A stretch of DNA of 54,215 bases, the filler included, from Sphacelaria rigidula (lineage: Eukaryota): the NCBI GenBank assembly GCA_964200075.2. It is 3 parts of 3 records of this genome, joined end to end, with 100 filler letters (N's around TTAATTAATTAA, not from the genome) between each part and the next. Parts side by side here need not be neighbours in the genome. Positions count along the whole stretch, not along the records: positions 18,107 to 36,111 come from CAXNAA020000941.1; 2 more parts are not named here. One strand, written 5' to 3'. A program made the position numbers and the translations under genes. Under the pieces are notes generated by a model. That model did not search any database and had not been told where the DNA came from. It was given only the letters and a program-made list of their open reading frames with translations. Of this stretch, positions 25,158-36,211 are shown in pieces. Position 1 is the stretch's first letter. Each line of letters starts with the position of its first letter.

Positions 25158-26804
25158 CAAGGTTATGTTCTGTAGGGTATGAGATTCCTTACAGAACTTA
25201 CAGAAATATCGGGTACCGGTATGAAAGTCTTCCAGAAATTATAAAGCTGTCGGGTTCCGGTACTGGATTAACGTCCTACAGAAATTACAGAACTTGTCGG
25301 GTACAGTACGAAAGCTTGTAGAAAAATCGTACCAGCAATCGGGTATTTCTTCAAGAGCATACCCGCGCTCCAGGTACGGGTAAACATTTTGTACAGAACT
25401 TACAGAACTGTCGGGTCAAGGGTATGGGAGGCATACAGAACTCACAGAAGCTGTCGGGTAGGGTATAAAGGTTGCACAGAAAACCGTACCCGCAACCGGG
25501 TATCTTGTCGAGAGCATACCCGTGCCCATCGATAACGGTACGGGAGGCTTACAGAAGTCACAGAACTATCGGGTAAGGGTATGAAAGTCTTGCAGAGATT
25601 ACAGAACTTTCGGGTACCGGTAAAAAAATCTTTCGGAATTGAGTTTACAAAACTGTCGGTTACCGGTATGAAAGTCGTATAGAAGTCACAGAACTGTAAG
25701 GTACGGTAAAAACCCGGAAAAGTACCCGGGTATACAGAAAACCGTGCCCTACAAAACGACCTTGGTATTATCCTCACCCCTGTGGTGGGACTTCCGTCAC
25801 TAACCACACATGACAGTTCATGAATACTTTGAACGGCGTCATGCGGTTGATGGAGGAAGACTACTCGAACACTAGCAGTAGTATATGTGCACGGGAACGT
25901 TAACATCTAATGGTTTCGTGTACACTCCCAGAGAGTGCATAAAAGAGCATTCACGGGTTCCCGCTCTCTGAAAGCCTTTCGGCACGACAAAATCATCGAC
26001 GGCCTTGACGACTTCCGGTGGCAACTCATGATATTTGCTGTGCATGTTGATAACGACCTGGGATTTAATGGCCACAATATAACCTCCATCAACGTCGATG
26101 ACGTGCACCTTGCTACTTGATCCCCTAGTGGCGCAGATGAACTGCCCCTGCTCGACCCATCACTTGAGTCTGGGGGTGATCCATCCTGACGGTCTGCAGT
26201 GCTGCTCATGTTTCGTGTTTCCACTCGGCAGTACTTCGTATCCCGTCAGATTTCAAACTACAAACTTTCCGCTACCGTTGAATTTTTGTTGGTATGTAGT
26301 TTTGAACGAAGGAGTAGGGTGGGTTGATCGATGCGAGGTGCATGTTCAGGTTCTGAGGTCGTATTTGGATTGAAGCTATATGCATACCTCCCCAAGGTAT
26401 ATACCTGTGCTCGTACCTGCAATCGGTATATCTACGACGGTATACCCTAGCCCCGGATAGGGGTATGGGAGGGTCACAGAAATTACAGAACTCGTCGGGT
26501 AGAGTATGAAGGCTTACAGAAAAATCGTACCGACAATCGGGTATTTCTTCAAGAGCATACCCCCGCTCCAGGTACGGGTAAACATTCGGTACAAAACTGA
26601 CAGAACTATCGGGTAAGGTTATGGGAGGCATACAGAACTCACAGAACTATCTGGTAAGGGTATGAAAGTCTTGCAGAGATTACAGAACTTTCGGGTACCG
26701 CTATGAAAATCTCACAGAACAAACACAGAACTGTCGGGTACGTGAAATATCCGGGATAATACCCCGGGTATACAGAAAACGTTACCCTACGGAACACAAC
26801 CTTG
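25158..26804. mobile_element. Composite hAT-like element: two related MITE units around an about 630-bp coding-like insert
   Basis: TIRs caaggttatgttctgtagggta / taccctacggaacacaaccttg; 8-bp TSD gaaatatg / gaaatgtg; internal TIR ends at 25764; many cagaactgtcgggta subrepeats. Confidence 0.75.
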
Positions 26805-27419
26805 GAAATGTGTACACCACACAGCACATGCAATACATCACTGTCATCGATTGAGTAGAGAGCGGCGGAGGTCGTGTGTCTTGACATGTTGAGTCTGAGG
26901 TGAGGCCACGGCGGACACACAAGAAGGGCACAAAATAAACGATGAGGAACATGAATTTCTCTCGACGGACTCTCTCCGCACGCCGCGCCTGCCATTCCCC
27001 CCTTTTTTTCTTGGACTCGCTCCTAACCGTTCCTCTTCCTCGGGACGAGTCCATGGTCTCAAGGGATCAATCCATATCTCTCTCCTGGTACTCATACACA
27101 CCTTGCATTTGGGTCTCGCGGATTGGGTCATGACCAGCGCTGCTCCCGCACCGCGTCGACTGTCGTCTAACAAACTCAGTCGAAAATAGGAAATGCTCTT
27201 TTTGCTAGTCGCGTCCTCAGCTTGTGTGGTTCAACGACGGAAATCAGATACTATTAGTAGTATTTGTGATTGAAAAAAAAAAAAGCCAAACTAGATGCAT
27301 CCGGCGGGAATCAAATCCGCGTTTTTTTCGTACCTCATGATGTCAGCTAAGTGTCGTTGCGCTGAGCGCTTGGTGGCAGGGCAACGGGAAGAGTCCATCG
27401 TTTTGACGGGATGAATCAT

Positions 27420-28840
27420 GGCGTACCGTAGTGCAGTCTTGGGGTATCAAGCGCATCAACTTTTGCTGGCCATTCAATGCAACTAGTCGCCTGTGGACGA
27501 CCGTTGGTTGAGAAACCTGTGCAAGTAATTATCTGTGGAGGTATTTCGGTCGAAAAGTTCGCGCGACTAGTTGCATGTAGACAACGCTCGGCCAAAACAT
27601 TCGCGCAACTTATTGCCTGTGAGGAACGCCTTGCATGGGAAACCTGGGCAACTTGTTGTGTAACAATAACTACCACCAAGTACTTACGCCAACTAGACAG
27701 CTGTCAACCTGAAGCCATTCGTCTTGAGGCAGGATGTAGAACATATTTCACTCGAACGAAATGCATCGTACTTAACTGATGGAGAGCCACCCGCTCGAGC
27801 CATCTATGCTTTCTTGAGTCGTGGGCAGTCGGCGTCCGATGTGCATGGATGATCGATTCACGCTGTATCAAACACAGCAGGACGTGATCGCACATGCAAG
27901 TATCACTTGCTAACAGCCGTCGTTTGAGACCAGGGCTGTTCTGATAACACCAGTGAAGAGTGCGATGTTCGCTGATGATGCTGTCGACTTCACCTCTAAT
28001 TATTCATTCACGGCAGCTGTGCATCACGGGACCTGTGTCTCAGCTATACACCGCTACTCAGTTCGTCTCGGTTGACTCCGCGTGGGTACTTGTAGAGATA
28101 TCGTCAACTCTGTTCGCGGTGTACTGTGTAACCATAGATAATGCTGTCAGAATGATGTCTGAAAGCAACGTAATGAGCACTGCGGTTTGGCCGTAAGACA
28201 ATCGCTTACGAATCCAAATCGTCTTGACCTCGTACTACACTTGCGGTTAGGGTTAGGGTTAGGGTTGGGGTTAAGACTTGCGCTGTTATGTTCCCATTAA
28301 CCCTTCGGGAACCCAGTGACGATTTTTGTTCTCGTGAATCAGCATCATTCTCAGTCATATTTAAGTCAAAATGATGCCGATTCACAAAAACAAAAATCGT
28401 CGCTGGGTTCCCGAAGGGTTAGAGCAGGCATCTATCAATTTGTGTGCTTCTTTGGGGTTCAAATTGTGCACAAGTCGGACAGCTCATGAAGTACCAACAT
28501 TCAACTTGTTATTTGTGTACTGATCCGGATCATGACCTAGCTCATGCGACCCCTGTTCCCGTATTTGCTCCCTACAATGCTGTACCCAAAGCACGCGAGG
28601 TAGCGCAAAGGTGACGCTTTGGCTTCTCTGACCCCGCGGTCGCGTATCTTGTGGTTGTAGACCAACGGGTATGAGAGTCCACTTTGGCTAGTTTTTCCAG
28701 GTTACTCGGGAGCTGTCCGACATGCGAAAGTGTGTCGACCAGTCTTCTCTTCGTCATTGGAAACCAGTACAATATTGTGGGGTCAGCGTTGGATACAGGC
28801 TGTGTACTAAAGCCGAGCCAAGTACATTTCACCTTGACGT
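27420..28840 (+). pseudogene. Possible highly degenerate hAT-type transposase
   Basis: Weak motif order only (SLANSRRLRP, CVTID, VVVDQRV*EST resembling DVxTRWNST), with many stops. Confidence 0.3.
28301..28418. mobile_element. piggyBac-like palindromic MITE
   Basis: TTAA|CCCTTCGGGAACCCAG...CTGGGTTCCCGAAGGG|TTAG. Confidence 0.8.
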
Positions 28841-28847
28841 CGACTAA

Positions 28848-29290
28848 TGCTGAGATAGCCCCTCCACAAGAAGTGCACCGGAGAACGTCCGACAAACCGG
28901 CTGCGATCCCACTATTGGGCTCGTTTGCAGCACTTTTGCCCACATGAGAGGCGTGCAGCAGTCCGAAATCAGCTATAACGCCCACATGAGTCGCGTTGTG
29001 CAGCACGAAACTAGCTCTGACGGCATTCACGATCATCGCCTCCGGGCACTCTTTTGGCCGGTTCGGGGGAGGGAGAGGGGGGGGGGCACTCAGTTGTTGC
29101 TTGCCTTTCCACTGACCACGCATCCCTTTCGAGACGGAGCACCGTTCCTACTCCTAATAGAGAGACCTGCAACATCCCGGCGCTCATTACGTTCCTTCCA
29201 TACATTCCACATAAACCTTTTTACATATCTTATCCCCGTCCTGTTTCGCCGTATCTGGCCGTTTCGGGGGGGGTGCTATCTCGGCAGCAG
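28848..29290. mobile_element. Small inverted-repeat element with a nested LINE 3' fragment (about 29085-29256, minus); uninterrupted copy at about 53408-53655
   Basis: tgctgagatagcccc...gggggtgctatctcggca ends; duplicated tggccg.ttcggggg around the LINE piece. Confidence 0.7.
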
Positions 29291-30037
29291 TCCGTCCCGG
29301 AATTTGAAAGGTTGTCCACCTTTAGTCGCTTGGTGTCTGATGTGCGGCATGGATGAAATCTCGCCGACTCTTTTGCAATGAATTTATCACGGTCTGTAAA
29401 TCAGATGCATATTTTGTATTTTCCAATAGATTACGTGATGCAGACTATTTCTGCCTGTGATTTCAGCACAGAGGTATACGGGACGTAGCTGTCCAGGCAC
29501 AGTTGGTGCTAAAGTAAGGTAAAGTAAGGTAACATTTTCGAACCGTGTTTCCAACGCTATGTCAAAACGTTTGCAGTACAGAGCTGACGATGCCAAGGCT
29601 ATGTGTGTTACGCTGGGGATGCACAGTACAATATTTTGTTTATTTATTTTTGCCGCAAATGTTGGTCGGAAAAATGGCAGCATCGGTTGAAAAAATATCA
29701 GAATAAAACCATGGTTTCAGACTTTTTGAAACAACTTTTCACAAGGAGTTGTGGCCGAACATCGTTTTTGAGGATTACCGGTGGCTTCACAACACATATA
29801 CTACACGCAACCTTGTTCAGGGTGAACAGGCTAAATATAGTATTCAGCGGATGCTCGTGCGTTCGACCTCAACGACGATTGATCGTATCATTCAATGTGT
29901 TTTTCCACGTGCTGGAAGATACGATCGTATGCATGTTATCTCGACTCGTGTTGACTAATCCAGCCGCCAACACACATCCACGCTGCCTTTTGCGCATCAC
30001 GTTCGTCCGCATGTGGCGATAACAAAAACAAAAACAG

Positions 30038-30180
30038 GTTGGGCAGATGACGCAGCTGGACCTGAACGTATTCGTGTCTCCGGAGACCGGGGAGCTCGAT
30101 GAGCAAAAGCTGATCGAATGGATGACCAAGTACCGGATAGGCTCGTTGTTCAACACCCCCTTTGCGGGACACGCGGGAAG
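30038..30180 (+). CDS. GH3 beta-glucosidase exon 2
   Basis: aaacag|VGQMTQLDL...YRIGSLFNTPFAGHAG|gtaaga, in frame with exon 1. Confidence 0.9.
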
Positions 30181-30737
30181 GTAAGATCCTCCTGTCCTGC
30201 TTGTTTTTGTCATTCCCCGTGCAAGACCTCGTGCAAAATAATGTCTTCGTACAGCGCGTGCAAGCGCACTTCGTCGCCTTTTTTTTCTTTCTTTTTCTTG
30301 TCATCCTCTAGTCTTCTTTTCTCCATCTTTTCATTGCTCTCTTCTCGTTTTTTTTGCTTGTTTTTGCTTGTTTTTGCTTGTTTTTACTTGTTTTTGTTCG
30401 CTGTGATCTACTCCATTCTCCCCTCCCGTGCTGAGTTTGCTTCCTTCGTACTCTCCATTCTGTTCCATATTTACCTCCTTTTCGGAGTTTCCTTCAGCGA
30501 GTGCTTACGTTTTGATTCCCTTGGGCACGTACCTCCATCTCCTCTCTAATGACCACACCTTTATTCGTAACGAATCATTTAGTGTGGGCGTATCCACGTT
30601 TAAAAAAGAAATGATGGCCTTCATGTGAGATTCTTCTGCCTATGGATATTTTCGTCTTTCGACTCCGGGTCTGAGTGGAGAGAAGAGCGTGATAGCATGA
30701 AAACAGCAGCAAACACGGTTTTACAGCCGTCGTTATA

Positions 30738-31274
30738 CAGTAGTGGGCGGCCTAACTATTTAGGGGTGTTTTGGGGTTTTTCTCGCGTACTACTATTTGA
30801 TAGAACTCGAAATTGATAGCGTCGGTAGATTTTGGTATAACAAAACAGATATTCTTCGAAACACAGTCCCTAAGTCAGTTTTATTGGGTGTTATCGGGCG
30901 AAACGAGTAAATACCCCGTTCATCAGGAGGGTGTTATTGACCGTGAAACACAATTTTTCGGCCCAGGTACACTGAGTAGGCAGAACAAAAAAAACAAAAA
31001 CTGTACATTTTTTTACAAATATGATCGGGAAGGGCTCGATTGACCGAAAATACAGAAGAGTAAGAATCTAGGCACGTTCCCCCGATGACCGGTCAGCCCG
31101 TAAGTCACTCAATATTGGGCACAGATGAGTTTTTCTTGGAATGTGGAGCGGATACAAATATCTTGAGATCCCCGATGTGATAAGGGGTGGCAGGCGAAAA
31201 GAGCCCAACAAAATCGCCAATTACGAAAAAATCACAGAATGCCACAAAATGAATAGTTAGACCGCCCACTACTG
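30738..31274. mobile_element. Tc1/mariner-type MITE (TA TSD)
   Basis: TA|cagtagtgggcggcctaacta...tagttagaccgcccactactg|TA. Confidence 0.9.
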
Positions 31275-31539
31275 TAGCGTTCAGAATTGAAGTTGAGAGT
31301 AGAAGAGTGTGGTTGTTGCTTGCTCTGTGCAGTGGCTGAGACCACTTTCACCTTCCGTACAATGAGGACCAACTGGACGGGAGGAAAAATTCCAGTACGT
31401 GTGAGCTACGATAGCACGTTACATCGTGTCATACAGGGAGTACCGTGTTCCGTTCTGCAGGGCGAAGTAGTACTGATGAACGATCCGTTTTTTTAATGCC
31501 CCCGATGCGAAACGTATACCGTGGTTGGGCTTCATGAAG

Positions 31540-31660
31540 CTGGACGGCGACCGAGTGGCGGCGAGTAATTCGACGGTGTCAGCAGATTGCTGGCAGGGCT
31601 GGAAGCAAACTTCCACTCTTGATTGGATTGGACTCTGTGCACGGTGCCAACTACGTTGAG
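31540..31660 (+). CDS. GH3 beta-glucosidase exon 3
   Basis: WTATEWRRVIRRCQQIAG...LPLLIGLDSVHGANYVE|gtgaga; phases are compatible. Confidence 0.88.
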
Positions 31661-32420
31661 GTGAGAGAGGAGACAGTTCGGACACGACCTTCTTCAAGCT
31701 TCACAGTCCGTGAAACTGCTGAGAATGCATGACCCAACACAACCGCACACGTGAGAAATGTCACGCCAGAATTCAAGGATACGGCGTTCGACCGCGACCA
31801 TTGGGCAAGGCAAATCTGAAGCGAAGATTGGCGTGGCGTTATTTCCGCAGCGTCGTGGGAAATCATTTGGGAAATTGAGTGGTTTGAACCAACCCGATGG
31901 ATGATGACTCTTGCCAAGAGGCTCTGCACCTGGAGCGATCGCACAGGCCCAAATGAGTGTTGCCCTCGAGAAAAGAAAATTCCACGCCTCGGGGATTTCT
32001 TACCCGTGGCCACGCATATTACGTGGTGGTTTATTTTCACTGGAGTATGACGGAGTTCTAGTAAGGAAATCGTTCAACAGAAGGCCCTCGAATTGTCAGT
32101 TGTGTAAGTGTGTACAGCCTGTTGGAGTGTGGTGATAAATTTTTGAGCGACGAAGCCATGGCTTCCTGACTATACAGCAGTTCTTGAGATTATCATTGCA
32201 CCCTGACATGGGGCGTGCACCAGGGGAGAGAAGGGTGGGCTGATTTCTCTTGCGACGCTGCGGATTCGTCCCAAGCAAGGATGGAGACGCTTGGTTGTTC
32301 TATTTTCAACATGGCACCCCTCTCTATAACTTGATTCCCCACACCGAATACCACCCCTGCCGACATGATCTCGTCATACTCACACTCCTCGTTCTCCGGC
32401 GGTAATGTCGTTTTCGACAG

Positions 32421-33167
32421 GGAGCTGTGATGTTCCCCCAGCAGATCGCTCTGGCAGCGACATTTAACCCCGCCCTGGCCGGAAAGGCTGGACGGGTAGC
32501 GGCTCGAGACACGCGAGCTGCGGCAGTGCCCTGGCTGTTCTCCCCGATCTTAGGACTCTCTACGCAGCCCCTGTGGGCGCGGACGTACGAAACATTCGGG
32601 GAAGATCCGTTCCTTGCTTCCCAGATGGGATCGGAGTTGATCAGAGGTATTCAGGCGTCTATGCCGGGGGGTCAGGATGCGGACGACGGGGAGCCCCTGA
32701 AAGCCGCCGCGTGCATGAAACATTTCCTGGGTTACAGCCACCCGTCTTCGGGGCACGACAGGTCACCGAGTAGGATTCCGGAGCAGGAGTTACTGGAGAT
32801 GTACCTTGCGCCGTTTGAAGCGGCGGTGGATGCCGGGGTGGCATCGGCTATGGAAAGCTACAATGAGCTCAACGGCGTGCCGGTTGCGTCATCCCGAAAA
32901 TACCTTGTGGATATCTTGCGGGGCCGGATGCAGTTCTTGGGATTGCTCGTTACCGATTATATGGAGATTGTGAACCTAGACAATAATCATGGGGTGTCGG
33001 GTAGCCCGGAGGAGAGCGTGGGTATGGCTATGGGCGATACCAGCATTGATATGTCCATGGTGCCCACGGACGCTAGCTTTACGGAGGCGCTATTGGTGCT
33101 GGTGAAGGCGGGAAAGGTGTCGGAGAATCGGATTAATCGCTCCGTCAGGCGAATACTGTCTCTAAAG
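32421..33167 (+). CDS. GH3 beta-glucosidase exon 4 (catalytic domain); gene continues beyond the contig
   Basis: GAVMFPQQIALAATFNP, WARTYETFGEDP, CMKHFLGY, MESYNELNGVP, LVTDYMEI (nucleophile Asp), SVRRILSLK|gtgatt. Confidence 0.95.
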
Positions 33168-34189
33168 GTGATTTTTTTTCTCCCCGTGTCCTTGTGTAGG
33201 CTGGTGTGTTGCGCGATTGCTGTGATGAGTGTAGCGGTTATCAGAAGGCGTCATGTCTTGTGTTGTTTTCACCACTTCAGGGCACAGTGGTCAGTCAGCT
33301 TGCCAAGTCGGAAAGCACGACAAGAGCAAAAATTGGTTCGGTTTCCGTCGTTCCAGTTTTTATTGCCGAGAACAAGCTAGATCGTTCTTAGCGTTGTTTC
33401 AAATTCGGCTAGCTGAGCAGAGCTGTGTTGTACCCGAACGTAGCCTCAAATAATAAGGTTGTTCGTGTCTACTTTCCTCAGGTCTCACGTTGTTCCGGCC
33501 ACAATTCACCTATTAAGGGTGCTTTTTGTACCTTTTTTAGGCCACTGGTGCGTACACCTTTTTGTGTTGCAGTGTCGATATGGCCGATCCCTTCAACATG
33601 ACTGATCGTTGGCGCCGGGATGAATGTTGCCGCTTCGGGCGCGTCATCGATACTCGACAAGAATATGTCCCAACTCAAAATAACACTAACCGGCACTCAA
33701 GATCAATTGCCCTGCATCGCGAGTAGTCGGTACGAGCAAGAATAGCAGTGAGTACCAGCACACACGGATGCCGCGTAGCAACAGCTATAGTTTTGTTGCG
33801 CAACCCGACCCCGCCGTGAAATGGTCGTTAAACCCGTGATTGGTTCTGAAATCCATGATGACACACCATCCATAGCGACCAACTCCAGCTTGACTCGTCG
33901 TGAACAATCTCGCTGGCCACTTTACCTCGCCTCTACCCTCAAATGGTCACCAGACACAAAGTATACCCGTTTTGTGGGCCTCTTTTGTACGTTATTGTAA
34001 CGAGGAGAGGTTGGCAGGCTGGGGGGGAGGATGTGCCCTTTTGTTTTCACACATCTTTTACTCTCGTACGCGTGTTGGGTTCATAAGCCAACAATTTTCA
34101 CAAAAGACTTTCCCGCGAGATGGTGAACTGTGTTTCAAAGTCACCCACCAGTTGTGTGGTCCTCCACCATGTTTACGATCTTTGTTCAC

Positions 34190-35450
34190 AGTGACGGCGG
34201 ACGTGAAAAAAATGCGCAGTATTTAACAGTTGTTGTAACGCGGGCAAGGAGAACCCGGTAGTGTTTAGATGGAAGTGGGGAGAGGAGGAATTTCCGATCT
34301 TCGACAAGTATACATACCTTGGCGTAGATATTTTGAAAAGGCTTACTTGGGATGCACACATGACCAAGGTAATAGGAAAAGGTAAGGCGCAGATAGGCAA
34401 GATGGACGTGATTCTAAGAGACTCGCACCGAGATACCAGGATTAAGATGTACAGTGATGCATGTGATTGTACCGAAGCTGGAATGTGCAGGGTGGGGGGG
34501 GGGCGTACTCATTGCAGGGGAAGTGTGAGACGCGAAGTTTGTCAAGCAGCTGGAAACGGCACAGGTGACAGCAGCTGAGAAAATACTTGGGTGGTACGAC
34601 ACGACGAGTACTGAGAGTAGAATTGGCAATGTACTCGCTTCAAACGAAGACGTGAGAAGATTGAAAGGGCAATATAACGCAAGGAACATGGGAAATGAGA
34701 GATTGCCCGCCGTAGTTGATAGGGAAGGAAGTAACGGAAGGGCAGGCTGGAACAAGGTGGGAGAGCGTACTAAAGTCGAGAAAGAGTGGAAAGACACAGG
34801 AAGACACCAAGACGGGATGGTGTCTATAGGTTAATACGAGGGGTACAATACAAAAGTAGGAGACATGATATTAATACTGGGAGAAGAAGCGCTGAGACGG
34901 AAAGTAAACAAGGAAGAGTAGCTGGAGATTTACGGGGTGTTGAGAGAGGGGCCCAATGGATTACGCGAAAACGTTGGGAGTGCGTTCTCGGGTGCAGGAC
35001 CTGGCTAACCTGCCAGGAAGAAGAAAGAGGTATACCAGTAGTCGGGTGGAAGAGGAAATAGATGCACAGAATTACCCCTGTGGCAAAGCAACAGAGAATA
35101 TAATGCATGTAGTGGGATAGTGTGATCTTTACAAGGAGAAACGGGACGTGTTAGAGGAGGAATTGTGGGGAGTAGACAAAGATGGTATGATATCGTTTGG
35201 CGCATTATATGGTAGCGACAAAAAGGATACGATGGCTATGCCAGGAGATAGGTGGTGACCCCAGACGGTGAAGCAGGAAGAGGATGAGATGTGTAAAATG
35301 TGTTTGTGTCATATGGGGGAAGGAACGTAATGAGCGCCCAAATGTTGGTGGTGCCTCTATCAGGAGTAGGAACGGCGCTTCGTCTCGAAAGGGATGGATG
35401 GCCGATGGTCAAATGACTGGAGCAAGCAACAGATAAGTACGCTCCCCCAC
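34190..35450 (+). mobile_element. 5'-truncated degenerate LINE (RT C-terminal region and 3' UTR)
   Basis: WKWGEEEFPIFDKYTYLGVDILKRLTWDAHMTKVIGKG...; the 3' end is shared with several fragments in the window. Confidence 0.85.
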
Positions 35451-35959
35451 CCCGTCCCGTTAGGTTTTTGAGGGTTACCGTCGGTTGGCAACGACACTTT
35501 AATCACGCTAGTCACTGCGTAAGCTAGGCAACGGTACCGTTTTTTTTTATCGCTTCGCTTTCGTTTTTTTGGGGTAACCAAAATGGTGGTCGAGGTACAC
35601 CATATTGTGCGGGGTGGAGAACCTCAATTCCGCACAGAGGGGATGATTGCACTACGCAGTGTTCAAATGGTGAGACACTCATGAGGCAGTGTAGTCCGTG
35701 GCTGTCTCTGGGAGTGGTGATACCAGAAAATGAAGCGACTCATTGTAGGCTGTCATCCATGTGCAGGACAATCAGTACGCTCCGGGCCGAACAATCTTAG
35801 CAGGATGCAGCTTGCCCTTCATGGGACTCGCCGAACACGTCACGGTGCTTCGCGCTTGGTGATTGATTGCGAGCCTGGTCCGGCGAAAACCCGGCGTGCT
35901 CCATCCCGGCGTTTTAGGGATGCGGAGTCATTGGTGTTATGACTACGGTATGGAAGATC

Positions 35960-36111
35960 ACGAGTACACCCCCCCCCGTGCTCCGTCTCGAAAGGGATGC
36001 GTGGCGAATGGTCAGATGACTTTAGAAAGGCCAGCAACTAATTTCCCTTCCCCGTCGTGCTCCGTCTCGAAAGGAATGCGTGGTCAATGATCAAACGACT
36101 AAGGCAAGCAA
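35960..36111 (+). mobile_element. Two tandem LINE 3'-end fragments at the contig end
   Basis: gtgctccgtctcgaaagg.atgcgtgg occurs twice. Confidence 0.7.
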
Positions 36112-36211
36112 NNNNNNNNNNNNNNNNNNNNNNNNNNNNNNNNNNNNNNNNNNNNTTAATTAATTAANNNNNNNNNNNNNNNNNNNNNNNNNNNNNNNNN
36201 NNNNNNNNNNN
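36112..36211. other. Artificial contig-joining spacer
   Basis: 44 N + TTAATTAATTAA + 44 N. Confidence 0.98.

Noticed and set aside
25158..26804. Reiterated cagaactgtcgggta units resembling a CRISPR array
   Set aside because: The repeats are degenerate, the spacers are related to each other, there are TIRs and a TSD, there are no cas genes, and the context is eukaryotic
28244..28273. True telomere
   Set aside because: Only about 5 imperfect TTAGGG units, located inside an intron
33168..33380. ORF-track extension of GH3 past SLK
   Set aside because: It is read-through into the intron after a GT donor and shows no GH3 similarity
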